Shown here piece by piece: positions 62,901 through 64,000 of a DNA stretch of 64,000 nucleotides (position 1 is its first letter; each line of letters opens with the position of its first letter). The translations under genes were made by a program, and so were the position numbers. The notes beneath the pieces were generated by a model. It was not told where the DNA came from, did not search any database, and worked only from the letters and a program-made list of their open reading frames with translations. This DNA comes from Octopus bimaculoides. Taxonomy: Eukaryota. The stretch spans positions 5,432,562-5,496,561 of the forward strand of contig NC_068981.1 in assembly GCF_001194135.2 (NCBI RefSeq). Reading direction: 5' to 3'.

Positions 62901-63095
62901 GAAACTAATGCATTTTGATTTACTGAATGTTTTGCAGATTATTTGGTTTCGCGTAAAAACCCACATTATGAACGACTAGTTGAAACCATGCTTAAACTTC
63001 AGGTTGATAAAGACAAGGATGTGCGTTATTTCTCAGCTTTGGCACCTAACAAATTCCAAGAAGATAGTCATGAAGAAAATACTTGCCAGGATACG
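7379..63095 (+). CDS. PPP4R1: Serine/threonine-protein phosphatase 4 regulatory subunit 1 (HEAT-repeat scaffold); whole spliced gene span, 19 visible coding exons, incomplete (one internal exon missing, stop codon not reached)
   Basis: The hand-spliced protein contains motifs I recognise from PP4R1: EPTVRSDLVEQVPHVA, VRKTSHAAL..LLEQEL, MCKMAP, VWGVRKGCAE, FQYWRTPLPDI, HCAYSFPAVAYTLGRHNWHCL, WKVRRTLAFSIH, KDLDEVRIGVLKHL, DNHRNWRFRLELAE, PNVRI, QVDKDKDVRYF. All junctions are GT-AG with compatible phases. Confidence 0.96.
7467..7511 (+). CDS. PPP4R1: PPP4R1 exon 2 (DINYYRVVLEDTSES)
   Basis: tttatttcag|AC...AGCA|gtaagt; 45 nt, phase 1-1, after an 81-nt intron. Confidence 0.85.
12559..12670 (+). 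CDS. PPP4R1: PPP4R1 exon 3 (RGCRVEDG...SDDNLTALQKLEKYIDSDNAFSR)
   Basis: ctactttcag|GA...AGCAG|gtaag; DDNLTALQKLEKYIDSDNAFSR resembles PP4R1 DEMLTPLGRLDKYAASENIFNR. Confidence 0.9.
13406..14200. mobile_element. Degraded hAT-type MITE region (cagtggttc... termini, internal ggaccc motifs)
   Basis: cagtggttcttgacc at 13406 and ggttgaaaagcacag ending at 14200; no clear TSD, possibly composite. Confidence 0.4.
15485..16008. other. Assembly gap (524 N), likely hiding PPP4R1 exon 4
   Basis: N run within the intron where an exon is required by phase and homology. Confidence 0.9.
17983..18125 (+). CDS. PPP4R1: PPP4R1 exon 5 (EPTVRSDLVEQVPHVAMYC...SDSDNQ)
   Basis: tattttcag|AA CCT ACT...AAC CAG|gtacat; 143 nt. 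Confidence 0.95.
18226..18286 (+). CDS. PPP4R1: PPP4R1 exon 6 (VRKTSHAALVVLLEQELVER)
   Basis: tctag|GTA AGA AAG...AGA G|gtaatt; 61 nt. Confidence 0.95.
19352..19437 (+). CDS. PPP4R1: PPP4R1 exon 7 (VDVEDQVVQVLLDLACPTSPDEFRTEAAA)
   Basis: ttatttcag|TC GAT...GCC|gtaagt; 86 nt. Confidence 0.93.
19577..19639 (+). ncRNA. mir-71: pre-miRNA mir-71 (mature 5p about 19580-19602, UGAAAGACACGGGUAGUGAGAUG)
   Basis: Recognised miR-71 mature sequence; folds with the 3p arm UCUUACUACCCUGUCUUUCGAG (19617-19638). Confidence 0.95.
19845..19908 (+). ncRNA. mir-2: pre-miRNA mir-2 copy A (3p 19884-19906, UAUCACAGCCAGCUUUGAUGAGC)
   Basis: Canonical miR-2a mature sequence; 5p arm aggcatcaatgctggatgtcatag pairs with it. 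Confidence 0.95.
20039..20110 (+). ncRNA. mir-2: pre-miRNA mir-2 family copy B (3p 20085-20107, UAUCACAGCCUGCUUGGAUCAGU)
   Basis: miR-2 seed AUCACAG with a divergent 3' half; arms gttactgaccaagtggttgtga and tcacagcctgcttggatcagtaac form a hairpin with compensatory changes. Confidence 0.92.
20197..20260 (+). ncRNA. mir-2: pre-miRNA mir-2 family copy C (3p (UC)UCACAGCCAGCUUUGAUGAGC, 20236/20238-20258)
   Basis: cagctcatcaaag pairs perfectly with ctttgatgagctg, and ctgtga with tcacag; the 5' end reads TCTCACAG rather than TATCACAG. Confidence 0.9.
20402..20466 (+). ncRNA. mir-2: pre-miRNA mir-2 family copy D (3p 20441-20463, UAUCACAGCUAGCUUUGAUGAGC)
   Basis: 5p arm ctcatcaaagagctgggatatg pairs with the 3p arm. 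Confidence 0.92.
20707..20779 (+). ncRNA. mir-2: pre-miRNA mir-2 family copy E (3p 20750-20772, UAUCACAGCUAGCUUUGAUGAGC)
   Basis: 5p arm ctcatcaaataactgggatatg; basal pairing gttg/caac. Confidence 0.92.
20911..20985 (+). ncRNA. mir-2: pre-miRNA mir-2 family copy F (3p 20955-20977, UAUCACAGCUAGCUUUGAUGAGC)
   Basis: 5p arm ctcatcaaataactgggatatg pairs with the 3p arm. Confidence 0.92.
21112..21179 (+). ncRNA. mir-2: pre-miRNA mir-2 family copy G (3p 21153-21175, UAUCACAGCUAGCUUUGAUGAGC)
   Basis: 5p arm ctcattaaagagctgggatatg; basal pairing tgta/taca. Confidence 0.92.
21553..21623 (+). ncRNA. mir-2: pre-miRNA mir-2 copy H (3p 21596-21618, UAUCACAGCCAGCUUUGAUGAGC)
   Basis: Canonical mature sequence; 5p arm tttaagtcaccaaagtggtggtgatgtg. 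Confidence 0.93.
21653..21720 (+). ncRNA. mir-2: pre-miRNA mir-2 family copy I (3p 21695-21717, UAUCACAGCCUGCUUUGAUGAGA)
   Basis: tcctttcatcaaagtggctgtcatatg pairs with catatcacagcctgctttgatgagagga. Confidence 0.93.
22256..22591. other. Assembly gap (336 N) just downstream of the miRNA cluster
   Basis: N run. Confidence 0.99.
23742..23846 (+). CDS. PPP4R1: PPP4R1 exon 8 (LMCKMAPLLGREMTERLF...FHVRR)
   Basis: ctttcaacag|TTG ATG...AGA AGG|gtaagc; 105 nt. Confidence 0.95.
27884..27949 (+). CDS. PPP4R1: PPP4R1 exon 9 (ICASNFGEICTVVGGESTEQNL)
   Basis: ctttctatag|ATA TGT...TTG|gtaagt; 66 nt. Confidence 0.95.
29956..30029. repeat. (CA)n microsatellite
   Basis: About 37 uninterrupted CA units. Confidence 0.98.
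31163..31331 (-). mobile_element. (ATG)n-tailed SINE-like repeat inserted in a piggyBac-like MITE remnant
   Basis: Near-identical to 1-170; the MITE sequence continues on both sides (about 30996-31162 and 31332-31375). Confidence 0.8.
35196..35354 (+). CDS. PPP4R1: PPP4R1 exon 10 (LEKFGSLCEDSVWGVRKGCAE...CDQSRW)
   Basis: acttttgcag|CTA GAA...CGC TGG|gtaaga; 159 nt. Confidence 0.95.
36396..36979 (-). mobile_element. Degraded, internally deleted Tc1/mariner-superfamily (DD37D/maT-like) transposase
   Basis: ORF 36396..36656 IWPPNSPDANPLDYHVWGAVERK...KDELKARIMAAF; ORF 36716..36979 HTH-like N-terminus fused to KHPVNIMVFGMITSDGDVIPPFIF. Confidence 0.85.
37243..37367 (+). CDS. PPP4R1: PPP4R1 exon 11 (VRMSAFQELGPFIYTF...DVAE)
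   Basis: ttgttttag|GTT CGG ATG...GAG AG|gtgagc; 125 nt. Confidence 0.94.
38423..38640 (+). mobile_element. tRNA-headed SINE-like repeat with a Penelope-type hammerhead-like 3' region
   Basis: A box tagtggttaa and B box gttcgattcc, then CTGAAGA-a-ggctg...cagcc-GAAAC; related copies at 60395-60785 (-) and 60939-61035 (+). Confidence 0.7.
40818..41719 (+). CDS. PPP4R1: PPP4R1 exon 12, large acidic/low-complexity insert with Q7, P9 and FNAFQYWRTPLPDI motif
   Basis: ttgtttcag|G AAC CTT...GAT T|gtaagt; 902 nt open frame (contains ORF 40894..41745); phases fit both neighbours. Confidence 0.93.
44868..44913. repeat. (TA)n microsatellite
   Basis: Direct inspection. Confidence 0.98.
45607..45748. 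mobile_element. hAT (Charlie-like) MITE
   Basis: TIRs cagtggttcccaacc / ggttcagaaccactg; 8-bp TSD cattagac / cattagaa (7 of 8 match). Confidence 0.8.
46399..46537 (+). mobile_element. (ATG)n-tailed SINE-like repeat
   Basis: Reverse complement of the 31163 copy; ends atgatgatgatg. Confidence 0.8.
46832..47055. mobile_element. piggyBac-like MITE, full length
   Basis: TTAA-cccttttagcatt ... aatgctaaaggg-TTAA: TTAA duplication and CCC/GGG termini; related remnants at about 27587-27810, 30996-31375, 34360-34505 and 40085-40275. Confidence 0.75.
47479..47714 (-). mobile_element. tRNA-derived SINE (ggctgtgtggtaagaag...ggttcagtcccactg family)
   Basis: Reverse complement of the family consensus; contains a 10-N gap with duplicated flanks. 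Confidence 0.8.
48167..48264 (+). CDS. PPP4R1: PPP4R1 exon 13 (CYSSDSSLHQSY...KLSAQQ)
   Basis: ctatttgtag|GT TAC AGC...CAG CAG|gtaacg; 98 nt, phase 1-0, bridges exons 12 and 14. Confidence 0.85.
50165..50350 (+). CDS. PPP4R1: PPP4R1 exon 14 (EIVPPSLLQRFL...HCAYSFPAVAYTLGRHNWHCL...ADMQ)
   Basis: gattccgcag|GAA ATA...ATG CAA|gtgagt; 186 nt. Confidence 0.96.
51301..51637 (+). mobile_element. tRNA-derived SINE (same family; many copies, e.g. about 1925, 14430, 14865, 26890, 32455, 42360, 53390, 58575, and 14270 and 56810 on minus)
   Basis: ggctatgtggtaagaagcttgcttcccaactacatggttctgggttcagtcccactgtgtggtaccttgggcaagtgtcttct...gaaactgaaagaagccc. Confidence 0.8.
53112..53273 (+). CDS. PPP4R1: PPP4R1 exon 15 (WKVRRTLAFSIH...RIGVLKHLMEFLK)
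   Basis: ggttttcag|TGG AAG...CTT AAG|gtgagc; 162 nt. Confidence 0.96.
54213..54313 (+). CDS. PPP4R1: PPP4R1 exon 16 (LLKPSVR...TDNHRNWRFRLELA)
   Basis: atttttcag|TTA TTA...GCA GA|gtatgt; 101 nt. Confidence 0.95.
55408..55528 (+). CDS. PPP4R1: PPP4R1 exon 17 (EQCELLSSLF...LSDKVAEVRLAACAL)
   Basis: ccatttcag|A CAA TGT...GCT CTG|gtgagt; 121 nt. Confidence 0.94.
57747..57859 (+). CDS. PPP4R1: PPP4R1 exon 18 (ASTLLKQLY...YPNWVKRQ)
   Basis: tttttttacag|GCC AGC...CAA GT|gtaagt; 113 nt. Confidence 0.93.
58611..58839 (+). mobile_element. Young tRNA-derived SINE with perfect 16-bp TSD, nested in another SINE
   Basis: TSD taagaagtttgctttc at 58595-58610 and 58840-58855; the host SINE resumes after the second copy. 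Confidence 0.88.
59328..59488 (+). CDS. PPP4R1: PPP4R1 exon 19 (VYAHLCWSILEDNSIPPERFA...DIIPNVRI...VLSV)
   Basis: aatttttag|A TAT GCT...GTA G|gtaagt; 161 nt. Confidence 0.95.
59700..60081. other. Assembly gap (382 N)
   Basis: N run. Confidence 0.99.
60395..60785 (-). mobile_element. tRNA-headed hammerhead-motif repeat, interrupted by an (ATG)n-tailed SINE at 60555-60710
   Basis: Removing 60555-60710 restores attcag+gtcactgcc, matching the reverse complement of ggcagtgacctgaat near 38480. Confidence 0.75.
62938..63095 (+). CDS. PPP4R1: PPP4R1 exon 20 (DYLVSRKNPHYERLVETMLKLQVDKDKDVRYF...CQDT)
   Basis: gttttgcag|AT TAT TTG...GAT ACG|gtaagg; 158 nt. No stop before the donor, so a terminal exon is expected downstream of the window. 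Confidence 0.92.
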
Positions 63096-63144
63096 GTAAG
63101 GTTCTTTATTCACCTATTCATTACTTTTCCATTGAAATTGTCTC

Positions 63145-63147
<3 letters not shown>

Positions 63148-63209
<62 letters not shown>

Positions 63210-63254
63210 ATATATATATATATGTGTATATATATATATATGTGTGTGTGTGTA
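63148..63254. repeat. (TA)n/(TG)n compound microsatellite
   Basis: Direct inspection. Confidence 0.98.
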
Positions 63255-63539
63255 TCATTGTTGTCGATTAATTCCTGCTTTCCATGCTGGCATGGGTTGG
63301 ACCTTTTGATTGAGGACTGGTAAGCCAGAAGGCTGCACCAGGTTCAATCTGATCTGGCAAAGTTTCTACAGCTCCAAGAGTGTATTGGGTGCTTTTACGT
63401 GCCACTGGCACGAGGGCCAGTCAGGCGGTTCTGGCAACGACCACGCTCGAAAGGCATTTTTCACGTGCCGGTAAGGTGACACTGGCAACAATCATGCTTG
63501 GATGTGCTTTTAGCGTGCCACTTAACAAGCAAAGTTTAT

Positions 63540-63810
63540 TGTCCAATGAATGAAGGGTACTCAACATTGGGCCTTACCGAGGCAAGGACTAGTGACCGAG
63601 ACCTTTGGAGATATGCTGTACTTGGGAAGTCCTGACAAGCCAAGTGAGACCATACCCCATGGCCTATGCCAGTGGGTGTAACCAACCCACTTATGAATAC
63701 AATAAACTTTGCTTGTGAAGACCTATTGAGGCAAGTGAAATCAAAACCAAAATTGCTGACATGTCCGATGACAGTACCGCCTGATTGGCACTCACGCCAG
63801 TGGAACGTTA
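63540..63810 (+). mobile_element. RTE-like LINE 3' fragment
   Basis: STLGLTEARTSDRDLWRYAVLGKS*QAK* resembles an RTE reverse-transcriptase C-terminus; related fragments at about 24120-24420 and about 51740-51900. Confidence 0.5.
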
Positions 63811-64000
63811 AAAACACATCCAAGCGTGGTATATGTATGTGTATGTATATATACATATATATATATTTTGTGGGTTTTTTGAGTTGGGGCTTGTGACATA
63901 GCTGGAAGTTGTTAGGAAGATACCTGAAATAGCCTGACACCCTAACCACTAAGCCATGTATCAGGCAGGTGGATTAATGAAATAGTTAAACCTGTTTGAT

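Noticed and set aside
63096-63323. Read-through of exon 20 giving an (IY)n C-terminal tail
   Set aside because: A good donor (ACG|gtaagg) is present and the extension translates a TA microsatellite; a downstream terminal exon is more likely.

Overview
AT-rich, intron- and repeat-rich animal genomic DNA from a draft assembly (several N gaps). The repeat families and microsatellites point to a coleoid cephalopod, most likely Octopus (recognised, not database-checked). One plus-strand multi-exon gene dominates the window: serine/threonine-protein phosphatase 4 regulatory subunit 1 (PPP4R1, HEAT-repeat protein). I traced 19 coding exons by hand from the ATG at 7379 to 63095, all with GT-AG boundaries and compatible phases (2911 nt). 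One exon is missing, probably in the 15485-16008 gap, and no stop codon is reached in the window. The main non-coding feature is a polycistronic microRNA cluster in the intron at 19438-23741: one mir-71 hairpin followed by nine mir-2-family hairpins in about 2.1 kb. These include four tandem paralogues sharing a position-10 variant and one copy with an altered seed start. The mir-71/mir-2 cluster in a phosphatase-4 gene intron is a known protostome arrangement; the copy number and variants here deserve checking. Other notable items: tRNA-headed repeats carrying a Penelope-type minimal hammerhead-ribozyme motif, an unexplained 33-bp pri-miRNA-like hairpin at 49568-49666, stacked R4/Dong-like retroelement ends in TAA repeats, a mariner foldback element built from two right ends, an orphan E-box/CCAAT/TATA promoter-like module at about 3.3 kb, and many SINEs and MITEs. 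Repeat boundaries are approximate.
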